Program-made: the position numbers and the translations under genes | Notes under the pieces: generated by a model | Databases searched by the model: none | What the model saw: the letters and a program-made list of their open reading frames with translations, nothing else | What the model was told of the DNA's origin: nothing | In this document: in pieces, positions 26,581-38,872 of the stretch | Layout: each line of letters begins with the position of its first letter | Numbering within the stretch: the stretch's first letter is position 1 | Assembly (NCBI GenBank): GCA_038087875.1 | Contig: CM075988.1 | Span: 25,360,001 to 25,424,000, forward strand | Source of the DNA: Malacoraja senta | Taxonomy: Eukaryota | Length of the DNA: 64,000 nucleotides | Direction of reading: 5' to 3'

Positions 26581-27300
26581 GATCATAAATGATTGAAGCA
26601 GAATTAGGCCATTCGGCCCATCAAGTCTACTCCGCCATTCAATCATAGCTGATCTATCTCTCCCTCCTAACCCCATTCTCCTGCCTTCTCCCATAACCTC
26701 TGACACCCGTACTAATCAAGAATCTATCTATCTCTGCCTTAAATATATCCACCAACTTGGCCTCCATAGCCTTCTGTGGCAAAGAATTCCACAGATTCAC
26801 CACTCTCTGACTAAAGAAATTCAATAGACAATAGACAATAGGTGCAGAAGTAGGCCATTCGGCCCTTCGAGCCAGCACCGCCATTCAATGTGATCATGGC
26901 TGATCATCCCCAATCAGTACCCCGTTCCTGCCTTCTCCCCATATCCCCTGACTCTGCTATTTTTAAGAGCCCTATCTAGCTCTCTCTTGAAAGCATCCAG
27001 AGAACCTGCCTCCACCGCCCTCTGAGGCAGAGAATTCCACAGAATTCCTCATCAATTCCTCCTCATCTCCTTCCTAAAAGAATGTCCTTTAATTCTGAGT
27101 GTGACCTCTGGTCCCAGACTCTCCCACTAGTGGAAGCATCCTCTCCACATCCACTCTGTCCAAGCCTTTCACTATTCTGTATGTTTCAATGGGGTCCCCC
27201 TCATTCTTCTGAACACCAGCGAGTACAGACCCAGTGCCATCAAACGCGCATCATATGTTAACCCACTCATTTCTGGGATCGTTCTAGTGAACCTCCCCTG
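26581..27300 (-). mobile_element. CR1 3' fragment abutting the exon 7 acceptor, with a younger CR1 nested at about 26823-27050
   Basis: FFSQRVVNLWNSLPQKA translation; two distinct tail types. Confidence 0.88.
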
Positions 27301-27961
27301 GACTAAAGGCAAGAAGGGAAAGATTTAATAGGAGCCTGAGGGGCAACCTATTCAACACAGAGTGTGATGTATACACGGAACAAGCTGCCAGAGGGAATCA
27401 TTGAGGCAGGAACAGTAACAGCATTTAAAAGACCCTCTGACAGGTACATGGATAGAGAATGTTTAATTGGATATGGGTCAACCACAGGCAACTGGGACTC
27501 TTCAGTCAGGCACCTTGGTCAGCATGGACGTCGTGCTGAAGGGATGTTTCCATATTGGATGGCCATGACTCTATAAAGACATTGGTTTAGTTTAGTACCG
27601 AGGTACAGTGAAAAGCTCTTTGTTATGTGCTGACCATACGTGATTACATCCAGCCATCCAGTGTGGTGTGCAGATACAGGATAAAGAGAATTCCATAGCT
27701 TTGTAGGGCAATCAGTATCATAATATCCCAGTATCTCGTTGCTATGACAATTTATCTTGAGAGATCTTCTAACATCTCTCACCATAGGAACATCATTCAA
27801 GATACCAAATGCAAACACCTACAAATCATTGACAAAAGGGAGCAAATGGACAATTGGACAGGAGAGTTTGTGCGGAATGTTACACTCAGTCAAAGGCAGA
27901 ACAAATATCAACAGTTTCCTTCAAACACAAAGACATAATGGATCAGTTTCCATCAAACACG

Positions 27962-28490
27962 AAGGGCCTGTCCCACCTACGTGTCCTTGGCATGCAAATT
28001 ACGCGACCTTGTGGTCGCGTTGAGCCGCGACGGTCCCGCGAAGGTCGCGCGCAATTTCATGAGTATGCACAGCTGTCTGGAGTGCGTGACGTCATTTGAA
28101 GATGGACACAAAGCTGGAGTAACTCAGCGGGACCGGCAGCGTCTCTGGAGAGAAGGAATGGATGATGTTTCAGGTCGAGACTCTTCTTCAGTCTGAAAAG
28201 AACGGTCTTGACCCGAAACGTCACCCATTCCTTCTCTCCAGAGATGCTGCCTGTCCCGCTGAGTTATTCCAGCATTTTGTGTCTATCTTCAATTTTCTTG
28301 GCCCCGCTCTGGGAGTAGAAGTGGGGGCGGAATCCGGACCGCAACGGCCGTGAGCCCCAGGCCGAGCTCGGCGATCGTTTGCCTGCTTCTGCTGCTGTTG
28401 GAGGTGAGATGTTGCATCGCGCCAGGGTCTTGGGCCTGTCCCACTTTGGCCGTCAGTTCCGCGACAGGCCGTTGGCACGTGAAGATTTCG
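27962..28490. mobile_element. MITE-family remnants with a palindromic PLE inserted (28103-28290)
   Basis: gggcctgtcccac termini at 27964 and 28432; PLE inverted arms. Confidence 0.6.
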
Positions 28491-28517
28491 TTTTGTGGCT
28501 GTGAATCACTGTGGTGA

Positions 28518-28925
28518 TTCTTTGGAGCGCAGAAGGTTAAGGGGGGACTTGATAGAGGTCTTTAAAATGATGAGAGGGATAGACAGAGTTGACGTGGATA
28601 AGCTTTTTACATTGAGAGTAGGGAAGATTCAAACAAGAGGACATGATTTGAGAATTAAGGGACAGAAGTTTAGGGGTAACATGAGGGGGAACCTCTTTAC
28701 TCAGAGAGTGGTAGCTGTGTGGAATGAGCTTCCAGTGGAAGTGGTGGAGTCAGGTTCGATTTTATCATTTAAAATTAATTGGGTAGGTATATGGACGGGA
28801 AAGGAATGGAGGGTTATGGTCTGAGTGCAGGTAGATGGGACTAGGTGAGTGTAAGTGTTCAGCATGGACTAGAAGGGCCGAGATGGCCTGTTTCCGTGCT
28901 GTAATTGTTATATGGTTATATGGTG
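28518..28925 (+). mobile_element. CR1 3' fragment, (tatggtta)n-tail subfamily (another piece at about 40165-40375)
   Basis: LERRRLRGDLIEVFKMMRG...TQRVVAVWNELP. Confidence 0.9.
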
Positions 28926-29007
28926 TTATGGTCTTTTATTAGGAAGTGCAACAGTGATGCTACCAAGACGCTCCTCACAGTAACCAAGACACTCCTCTGC
29001 TACTCAC

Positions 29008-29216
29008 CCATGGAAGACCCACGTATCGCATTCGTCTGCCTTGGCAATGTAGTTTTCTGGGAGCAGGCCAGAGCTGCCCGTGGCGAGCGAGGTGCCGTAG
29101 ATCCAGCCTTCGCTGGTGCTGCTCTGCTCGATGAGCGACATGAATATAAAGTCTCCTTGCACCAGTTCCAGCTCGTCATCGTTCTGTGGTGTGTATGGGT
29201 ACATCACTCGCAGAGT
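29008..29216 (-). CDS. UBASH3B: UBASH3B exon 6 (209 nt), SH3 domain: TLRVMYPYTPQNDDELELVQGD...GLLPENYIAKADECDTWVFH
   Basis: ORF 29004..29276 translation; ccag acceptor, gtgagt donor. Confidence 0.97.
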
Positions 29217-29363
29217 CTGGCAATAGGAAAACCCAGCAGAGAACCATCTTAAAATCATAGTTACAACACAAGCCAATCACAGAAAGGAAGACATTGGGAA
29301 AACATGAATTTAAATGATTGAGTTGTTGATATTTATCCAGGGCACACCAACTCCACTCAGTAG

Positions 29364-30252
29364 ACAAAAGTGCTGGAGAAACTCAGCGGGTGCAACACAC
29401 TGAGTAGGCAGGAGTATAGAGGTGTATTAAAAAATTAGGGCTTTCGATGAAGGGGACAGACTTTTATTCCGAACAAATTTTAACTCAATTGTTTGCCTGT
29501 TGTGGAAAAGTTTTTGTTAGTTGGGTTTGTTATCATCACCAGTATTGAGGAACAGTGAAAACCTTTGCTTGCGCGCTATCCAGTCAAAAAGACTGCATGG
29601 ATACAATCCAGACGTCCACATTGCACAGGTAAAGACACACATTTAGTGCAAGATATAACATCAAAGTCCCATAAAGTTTGCCCAGAGGTCTCCAATGAGG
29701 TAGTGGTGGCGTGTAGATTATTTTGATGCAATGGACATTCTCGGTGAAAACGATTCGTCTTGTACGTCAATGACACGAGCCGCACACTGAGTAGACAGGA
29801 GTATAGAGGTGTATTAAAAAATTAGGGCTTTCGATGAAGGGGACAGTCTTTTACTCAGAGTAGGGGAATCGAGAAGCTGAGGGCGTCGGTTTAAGGTGAG
29901 ATAGGACACATTCAACATAACATGAGGGTCTTTTTGTTTCACACAGGGGGTGGTGGGTGTATGGAACAAACTGCCAGAGGAGCAGGTGATGGCAGATACT
30001 ATAACAATTGGACAAAAGTGCTGGAGAAACTCAGCGGGTGTAGCAGCATCTATGGAGCGAAGGAAACAGGCAACGTTTCGGGCCGAAACCCCTGAAGGAA
30101 ATAGGCTACGTTTCGGGCCGAAACCCGGAAGGGTTTCGGGCCGAAACTTGCCTATTTCCTTCGCTCCATAGATGCTGCTGCACCCGCTGAGTTTCTCCAG
30201 CACTTTTGTCTACCTTCGATTTTCCAGCATCTGCAGTTCCTTCTTAAACACT
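29364..30252 (+). mobile_element. Composite PLE insertion carrying transduced intron-1 sequence; 12-bp TSD tccactcagtag
   Basis: TSD at 29352-29363 and 30253-30264; body is the reverse complement of 62703-63506. Confidence 0.85.
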
Positions 30253-31313
30253 TCCACTCAGTAGTTCCCTCCACAGAAGGCGATATACCAAATGCATAAT
30301 CAGTCTGAACCCAAACGTCACCCATTCCTTCTCTCCAGAGATGCCGCCCGTCCCGCTGAGTTCCTCCAGCATTTTGTGTTTATCTGAAATGTTACAATTA
30401 TCTCAGAAGATCTTCGGTGTAAACCAGCATCTGTAGTTCCTTCCCGCACACGTTGAGTCAATGTTGCCTGTCGTTCATAGGGGGAACAGCCCCATATTTG
30501 GAGTCCCAGAGGTTCATAACTTCCACCCTGACGGGTTGCAGCGCTCACATCATGCCCACACATCTCACCACCCTCACCATCTCACATCCACCACCAAGTC
30601 CAGACTGGCCTGGGCCAAGGAGCAGAATACACGTCACTGTTGACCCCTCATTTCACACCAGCCTTAATAGGAATGGAATCACCAACTTGGACAACAAAGA
30701 TAAATGACGTGTACGAAGGAACTGCAGATGCTGGTCTACACTGAAGTAGACACAGAAAGCTGGAGTCACTCAGCGGGTCAGGGAAGCATCTCTGGAGAAA
30801 AGGAATAGGTGACGTTTTAGGTCGGAACCCTTCTTCAGACTGAGCAGACTGAAAGGAGTGGGGGGGGGTGGAGGGGGGTCTGAAGGCTGAAAAGAACAAG
30901 CTTCCCGAGGCCATCTGTTGCCAGCCCTATTTTGTTCTGGCCTTCATCTGAAGAAGGGTTACAATGAACAAGTTTAACTTTTTTTTTATTTCACGTTCCA
31001 TCTGCCAGCTGGTGAATTGGTTCTGAGCCATCGAGTTGGGAGGAAAGGTAGGATTTAATGAATCTCAGTGAACTAAAAATAAGCAAAAGTCCCACCACAA
31101 TCACAAAGCAGATTTATTTCAGCAGAAAGAATGCAACAAGTGGAGGAGTGTTATACAAATACTAATCGACCCACTCACTAAACAGTGGCTTGAGACACGA
31201 TCGCTGAGAACGTGGACGATATAATTCTGCTCAGCTGTAGAATGTGACTGTAGCAGTGATGTTCACCGACCATGGAAAGGACTTCACAAGATCAGTCTAG
31301 AGGCAGGGCCACG

Positions 31314-31570
31314 GTTTAGTTTTCGAGATACAGCGTGGAAACACGCTGACCAGCGGCCCCCGACACTAATACACACTAGGAACAATTTACCATTTTTTAC
31401 AAATCTGTATGTCTTTGGGATGTGGGTGGAAACTGGAGCACCCGGAGGAAACCCACGAGGTCACGGAGAGAACCTACAAACTCAGTACAGACAAGCATCC
31501 ATAATCAGATCGAACCCGGGTCTCTGGCGCTGTAAGGCAGCAACTCTACCGCTGCGCCACCGTGCCGCCC
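31314..31570 (-). mobile_element. V-SINE (HE1-like)
   Basis: tRNA-like head, V core and tail. Confidence 0.85.
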
Positions 31571-31880
31571 ATGTTACATTCTCCTGTGGCCTCACAGCTG
31601 CTTCACTTCACGGGACAGTCACATAGACGGCGAGGCCTCAAGGGTGATGGGGACCCTGTCAGTGCAACCCTCTAACCAGAGTGTGGCATGGAGCAGCAGT
31701 TGTGGCTATTTCATGAATAAATGAGCCATAGGATATTATACTCTCCTCTACTGATGGAATTTTTTCAAGTGAAATAATCCTGCTTCGAAGAAAGACACAA
31801 AATACTGGAGTAACTCAGCGGGACAGGCAGCATCTCTGGAGAGAAGGAATGGGTGACGTTTCGGGTTCGAGACCCTTCTT

Positions 31881-32297
31881 TTCAGATCCTCCTCCATGTC
31901 TACAAAGCCCTCAATGGGCTTGCCCCCACCTACATAAAAAATCTTCTCACCCACCACTCCACCTCCAGGCCCCTCAGATCGGCCGACTTGGGGTTGCTGA
32001 ATATCCCACGGTCTAGGCATAAGCTCAGGGCGACCGCGCCTTTGCGGTTGCAGCCCCTAGACTGTGGAACAGCATCCCCCTCCCCATCAGAACTGCCTCC
32101 TCCATCCACTCCTTTAAGTCAAGACTAAAAACTTATCTATACTCCCAAGCCTTTCTTGACGTCCTCTGAGCGAGGGTTACATGTATATATGTATGTGTTT
32201 GTTTGTTTATACTATTCTTATAACAAATGTAAATCACTTTGGCCAACGAGAGTTGTTTTTTAAATGTGCTATATAAATAAAGTGACTTGACTTGACT
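31881..32297 (+). mobile_element. L2-clade LINE 3' fragment nested in a PLE (31788-32570)
   Basis: ILLHVYKALNGLAPTYI...RSADLGLL; L2-type end tgctatataaataaa plus (cttga)n. Confidence 0.88.
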
Positions 32298-33744
32298 TCT
32301 TCAGACTGATGTCAGAGGACAGGGAGAATGCAGTCAGAGACAGTCAGACTGGTGGGAGAACTGGGAAAGGGGAGAGGATGGAGAGAGAGGGAAAGCAAGG
32401 GTTACTTGAAATTAGAGAAGTCAATGTTCATGGGTGTAAGTTGTCCAAGCGAAATATGAGGTGTTGTTCCTCCATTTTGCACTGGGCCTCACTCTGACAA
32501 TGGAGGAGGCCCAGGACAGAAGGTTATGTGGGAATGGGAGGGGGGGTTAAAGTGTTTAGCAACCGGTTAGCATCTAGCAAGTGGTTAGCATCTTAACTAT
32601 CTATACTTTACTATCTCCCCCTGGTCCAATCCCTCCCTAACTATGTCCAAGACACCTCACACGCCCTTCGTCTCTTCAATGACTTCCGTTTTCCAGGCAC
32701 CCACTCCCTCATCTTTACTTTGTTTAAACCAGCATCTGCAACATTTTCCTACATAATCCCATTTCGATGCAGTTTTGGTATGAATTCTGTTAGCTTTAGT
32801 TCACAAAGACTGTTTAAATCCCGCTTTGTTTCCAATTCAATGCCCCAAATGCCAACTCACCAGCTGACACAACGAAGAAGCTGCTTAAGATTTGCATCTG
32901 ATGATGTTTTCGAACTTTTAGAGAAATCCCATTCAATGAGGAGACATCCACGTTAATATAACACTGAGAGCAGACTGGTGTCAAGAACAGAGAGTCTCCG
33001 TGCAGGAAGGGGAGCAGGCATAAAGGCAACTGTGTCTCACCAAGTGCCCTAGGCTCCTCAAACAAACAGCACATCACCACAAACTATCCTGCTGCATTTT
33101 AACCAGACTTCATAGGATGGAGCAGACTGGCAGGATGGGGCTACTATGACCTTGAGCTTTCCTCCCCCTCCCACCCACGCCTCCCCCACTCTTCAAATCT
33201 TTTGCCTTAATTTCGTCCAAAATGATTAAAACCAAAGATAGAACAACAAACTGAGGGTCAGACAGCATCTCCTGAGAAAAGGAAGAAAGGTCTCGACCCG
33301 AAAAGTCACCCATTCCTTCTCTCCGGGGATGCTGCCTGACCCGCTGAGTACTCCAGCATTTTGCGTCTGTCTTCGGCCTAAACCAGCATCTGCAGTTCCT
33401 TCCTACCCTTGTGGTCAGTTCAGTAGGACAATGAGTTCCAGATTTCTACTGCCCATGATATGAGGAAGTGCTTCCTCGTCCCATTACTGATGGGTGACCT
33501 TGAATACTTCTGACCCTCTGTCCTTGAGATCTATAAAGCTGCAATTATTCAGTGAGTTACGCTCAGGGAAACCAGAGATCTAACAACCTCCATTGATTGA
33601 TGGCCTCGTCACATTCCGAAACTTCAGGTGCAAATATTTCACTCCAGGGGTTTGCTGAAGGATTACATTCTCATTGTGTTTAAGAAGGAACTGCAGATGC
33701 TGGAAAATCAAAGGTGTTTAAGAAGGAACTTAAATATGATCAGT

Positions 33745-33772
33745 CTGAAGAAGGGTTTCGTCCCGAAACGTT
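33745..33772 (+). ncRNA. Minimal hammerhead-like core in PLE repeat
   Basis: ctgaagaagggtttcgtcccgaaacgtt. Confidence 0.5.
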
Positions 33773-33937
33773 GCCTATTTCCTTCCCTCCGTAGATGCTG
33801 CTGCACCCGCTGAGTTTCTCCAGCACTTTTGTCTACCTTACATTCTCCATGAATCTTCTCACGTCATGCAAGTATTTGCCCAGGTTGGGTCGGACGTGAA
33901 GCCCCCCCCGACTCGCACTTTGCTTAAGATAATTTAC

Positions 33938-34107
33938 CTCGTGATTCGCGAAGCGGATGTCTCGGGAATAAAGAGCAGCGACCCAGTCACAGCCCAGCTT
34001 CAGGTCCACGCCTCGAGCCAGCTTCTCCAGTGCGGTCAAGTGAGTGGGCTGGAAGTGATAGGCTAGCGTGACGTGGAGCTGCTTCTTGTGAGGCTCCACT
34101 CGCACAT
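33938..34107 (-). CDS. UBASH3B: UBASH3B exon 5 (170 nt): VRVEPHKKQLHVTLAYHF...RDIRFANHE; second HxT motif
   Basis: ORF 33833..34333 translation; ttgtag acceptor, gtaaat donor. Confidence 0.97.
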
Positions 34108-34970
34108 CTACAAGGGAGGGACCAACGGTGGAGTTAGACAAACAATGAAAAAAAAAGTGCCTGCCACATAGATGCTGGAAGGAATGTACACAAGCAAGAT
34201 CCCATGCTGAGTAAAGGTACATTCGGGCTGGTCGCTTCAGAGGTAAATATTGCCCAAATATACTAACGGAATCAAGGGATATGGGGAGAAAGCAAGAGCA
34301 GGGTACTGATTCTGGATGATCAGCCATGATCACATTGAATGGTGGTGCTGGCTCAAAGGGCCGAATGGCCTACTCCTGCACCGATTTTCGATGTTTCTAT
34401 ACCCAGTGGAACCACACCCCAATTTCTCATCTAAAACACCTCCACGAGTTCTTTTCTGACCCAGGATTTGACAGATGGAACAGGTTACAGCCCCAGTCAT
34501 ATTATTAATTCCGTGGTGTTATATAGAAGTCTTCAATTACACACAGATCATTCTGCTGACTACGTCCCCACCACCCAACTCCTGAACTAGACTTCAGACA
34601 ACTTGAAGCCAAGTGGTGAGTCTGTGGAATTCTCTGCCTCAAAGTGCGGTGGAGGCAGGTTCTCTGGATACTTTCAAGAGAGAGCTAGATAGGGCTCTTA
34701 AAAATAGCGGAGTCAGGGGAGAAGGCAGGAACGGGGTACTGATTGGGGATGATCAGCCATGATCACATTGAATGGCGGCTCTGGCTCGAAGGGCAGATGG
34801 CCTACTCCTGCACCTATTGTCTATTGTCTATTGAATGAATGAATAAGTTTATTGGCCAAGTATGTTCACATACAAGGAATTTGCCTTGGTGCTCCGCTCG
34901 CAAGTGACAACATACAACTTATTACTCTGGCCATGTTATGTTTAACACCATTGTTAATATGATTTCCCAC

Positions 34971-35169
34971 CTGCTTTACTCGTGGCCTCTGATGCAAAAT
35001 CTGCAGCAAATTTCTTGATGATTTCTGCGCTCTCCTCCTCCACGAAGAGACCGATGAAGTTGGACGAGGTGTACAGCTCCAGGGAGAGGGGGAGCGGGAA
35101 GGTCTCCTTCCATCGGCTCACCGTGTTCTGCAAGGCTTCACACAGACCCTCCACTTTGCTGTCCTCGCA
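34971..35169 (-). CDS. UBASH3B: UBASH3B exon 4 (199 nt): CEDSKVEGLCEALQNTVSRWK...LELYTSSNFIGLFV...FAADFASEATSKA
   Basis: ORF 34954..35181 translation; ttccag acceptor, gtggga donor. Confidence 0.96.
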
Positions 35170-35837
35170 CTGGAAGAGCAACGAGCACAGTCAGCATCCG
35201 ACGGGCAACACCCGGCCAGCTATATGCCAAGCCCCATGCTCGAGAACCACAGGGCAGCACACCACTTAGTATCACACGCAATGTTTACTTTAGTTTAGTT
35301 TAGAGATATAGAGCAGAAACAGGCCCTTCGGCCCACCGAGTCCGCGCCGACCAGCGATCCCCGCACACCAACGCTATCCTACACACACCAGCGACAATTT
35401 ACATTTATACCAAGCCAATTAACCTACAAACAGAGCCTCACAATACTGCCAGTGCACGGCTGTATTGCATCCAGCATTCAAATCCACAGTGCCTCAGTAT
35501 CAAAAAGCTGGAGTAACTCAGCGGGACAGACAGCATCTCTGGAGAAAAGGAATAGCTGACGTTTCGGGTCGAGACCCTTCTCCAGACTGAGAGTCAGGGG
35601 AAAGGGAAACGAGAGATCTAGATGGTCATATAGTGAGATATAGTTGAGTTACTCCAGCTTTGTCTTCAGTTTAATCCAGCATCAGCAGATCCCTCCTACA
35701 CAGGATCCAATATCATATTGTTGACCATTGTACCACAATATCACACCATTCCACACAATGCTACAGGAATCATCATCACTCCACAGAGCATAGTGCCACA
35801 GGAGCCAACTTCACACCACCCCCAACTATGTCCAGGA

Positions 35838-36892
35838 TTGGGTTGCCAACTGTCCCGTATTAGCCGGGACATCCCGTATATTGGGCTAAATTGGTTTGTC
35901 CCGTACGGGACCGCCCTTGTCTCTTATTTGACTGCTACTACTCGGGTCGAGGGGAATGTCGGGTCGGAGCGCCGCGTCCGGCCCCGCCTCACCCGTCCCG
36001 ACGTAGTGCAGCCCATGGAGTGCAGCAGCAGCGCCTCGCCAGTGGCCCCGTTTGGTCGGCAGCCCGGCCAGCTGTCCGACCTTCGGACCTTCGCTTATCG
36101 CAGACACCACCACCCTTCCTTCTCATGGCCGATCATGGGTTCATGAGTTGGATGGGGTGCCGGACTTTGCGCGCAATGTCGCCCGGGCCAAAACTCCTCA
36201 GCTGGCCCGCCGGCTGGGCTTTGCGTGCAGTCCAGCACCCGGGCCAACTCATCATTCACCCAGCCACGGCCGAGTCGGTCAACTAATTGCTGTGGGGAAT
36301 TTAGACAATAGATAATAGACAATAGACAATAGGTGCAGGTGTAGGTCATTCGGCCCATCGAGCCAGCACCGCCATTCAATGTGATCATGGCTGATCATCC
36401 CCAATCAGTACCCCGTTCCTGCCTTCCCCCCATATCCCCTGACTCCGCTATCTTTAAGAGCTCTATCTAACTCTCTCTTGAAAGCACCCAGAGAATTGGC
36501 CTCCACTACCTTCTGAGGCAGAGAATTCCACAGATTCCACAACCCACTGTGTGAAAAAGTTTTTCCTCATCTCCGTTCTAAATGGCTTACCCTTTATTCT
36601 TAAACTGTGGCCCCTGGTTCTGGACTCCCCCAACATCGGGAACATGTTTCCTGCCTCTAGCGTGTCCAAACCCTTAATAATCTTATATGTTTCAATAAGA
36701 TACCCTCTCATCCTTATAAATTGCAGGAGTGTACAAGCCCAGCCGCTCCATTCTATCAACATATGACAGACCCGTCATCCCAGGAAGTAACCTGGTGAAC
36801 CGACGCTGCACTTCCTCAATAGCAAGAATGTCCTTCCTCAATATTTTTGACCTTTTGCCCCTTATTTGCGAGTGAGAAAGTTGGCAGCCCTC
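35838..36892. mobile_element. hAT-like non-autonomous DNA element interrupted by a CR1 (36302-36840)
   Basis: Inverted termini gggttgccaact / agttggcagccc; GC-rich body; TSD not clear. Confidence 0.6.
36302..36840 (-). mobile_element. CR1 3' fragment
   Basis: LRKDILAIEEVQRRFTRL...LIETYKIIKG; (ctattgt)n tail. Confidence 0.9.
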
Positions 36893-36942
36893 GTTGCAGG
36901 GCCCAGTACAGATGGCAGTGTACACAGACTACAGTCACTCAC

Positions 36943-37129
36943 CATGAAAAACTGGCAGAGGGTGATGTGGGGGAAGATGTTATGGGCCTTGTTTTTGCCA
37001 CACAGCTGTCGCGACTGGTGCCAGTACTCAAAGAGCTTGTTGGCCAGAGGGCCCGTGGGCCGCAGGTACAGGACGTATTCTCGAGGAAGAGGGTCGTCCA
37101 GGAAGGGATCATCCACGTGTGAAAACAAC
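36943..37129 (-). CDS. UBASH3B: UBASH3B exon 3 (187 nt): LFSHVDDPFLDDPLPREYVLYLRPTGPL...NKAHNIFPHITLCQFFM; first HxT motif of the 2H-phosphoesterase domain
   Basis: ORF 36862..37185 translation; cag acceptor, gtgagt donor. Confidence 0.97.
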
Positions 37130-37774
37130 CTGACATGGCAGAAAGGAAGGGTGGAGGTGAACATCAGGACTACACATGATGGCACTTTGCCATCGTCACA
37201 TTACCTCCAGCAGTGCCAGCGCTAACCATGCACGAGGCATCCTCATGCCGGCTCTAGGAAGAGTGAAGAGTGAAGACCAACAGCCCTCTCCCCCCTCCCT
37301 CCCCCTCCATCCAACCTATGCTGACAGCACCAACTGCTGCTGAAACAGATTAAAAACCAACAGCTATGGGTCCAGGGATTCTGTTCATCAAAGAGCTGCA
37401 AGATGAAATGGCTTGCCTCCCCAAACAGCCATGCAGAGGACACAAGCTAATGCAGCCTGCACGGCCAAAGATCCCGGAGAAAACCCATGCAGGACACAGC
37501 GAGAACAAACAGACAGCAGCCATACCTCCCTGGTTTACCACCGCTACACTTTTGCTATCCTGCTATCTTCCAGTGCCTAATCTGTGGCCAGGGTCCCAGC
37601 AGTCTCCTCCCTCAATCCAATAACGACCAAGGATATACCTAGAACAGGCCCCATGGATTTTTTCCCCCCTTTATGCAGGTCAACATCGCCTCCTCCTGGT
37701 GAAATGCTCCAGGACATAACCACTGCCTTCCCTGAACTCAACACCATCTTCCATGTCCAGGATCTTCATGTTAG

Positions 37775-38320
37775 AATTTAGAGATACAGTGACACAGGGC
37801 AGAAACAGGCCCTTCGGCCCATCGAGTCCATGCTGACCAGCGATCACCCTGTACACTAGCACTATCCTACCCACTGGGGACAATTTACAATTTCACCAAA
37901 GCCAATTAACCTACAAACCTAGAGAGTGAGAGCACCTGGAGAAAATCCACTTGTTCGCAGGGAGAATGTACAAACCCTGTACAGACAGCACCTGTGGTCA
38001 ACAGACAATAGGTGCAGGAGTAGGCCATTCGGCCCTTTGAGCCAGCACCGCCATTCAATGTAATCATGGCTGATCATCCCCAATCAGTACCCCGTTCCTG
38101 CATTCTACCCATATCCCCTGACTCTGCTATTTTTAAGAGCCCTATCTAGCTCTCTCTTGAAAGTATCCAGAGAACCTGCCTCCACTGCCCTGAGAATTCC
38201 ACAGACTCACCACTCTCTGTGTGAAAAAGTGTTTCCTCATCTCTGTTCTAAATGGCTTGCCCCTTATTCTTCAACTGTGGCCCCTGGTTCTGGACTCCCC
38301 CAACATCGGGAACATGTTTC
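37775..38320 (-). mobile_element. V-SINE 3' part followed by a CR1 3' fragment
   Basis: Similarity to other copies in the window. Confidence 0.8.
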
Positions 38321-38699
38321 GCCACCATCGGACTAAAGAACCTTCGGTTTTCCATCGTAGCCTCTCACCTCCAACTGCGGAGGCACATTTTGTGAATCGT
38401 TCTCCTTCTTAGTTTTTATTTTAATTCCGTGGTTTTCCATTTATTTAAGAGCCATACAGCTGGTGGATAAAAATTCTGGAACAATCCAAGCACGCACTCA
38501 AGCATTTTGTAAGTGATCTTTGCAAAAAATCTCTCGGTTATTACTGCATGCTGCCCCAACTTCACCAGATGTTCACGGTCTTGTTCCCTGGTATATGCTA
38601 AATATTGGTCGGTTTCAGCTCCCACTGGCTAGGGAGAGATAGACCTGGCACAATCCCTGTACTCAATCCCAATTCTATCTGGAGAAAGTGCAAAGTGGG

Positions 38700-38872
38700 T
38701 AGACACAAATTGCTGGAGTAACTCAGCGGGTCAGGCAGCATCTCTGGAGAGAAGGGATAGGTGACGTTTCACCCATTGCTTCTCTCCAGAGATGCTGCCT
38801 GACCCGCTGAGTTACTCCAGCATTTTGTGTCTACCTTCGATTTAAACCAGCATCTGCAGTTCTTTCTTACAC
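38700..38872. mobile_element. Palindromic PLE repeat with 14-bp TSD aagtgcaaagtggg
   Basis: TSD at 38686-38699 and 38873-38886. Confidence 0.87.
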
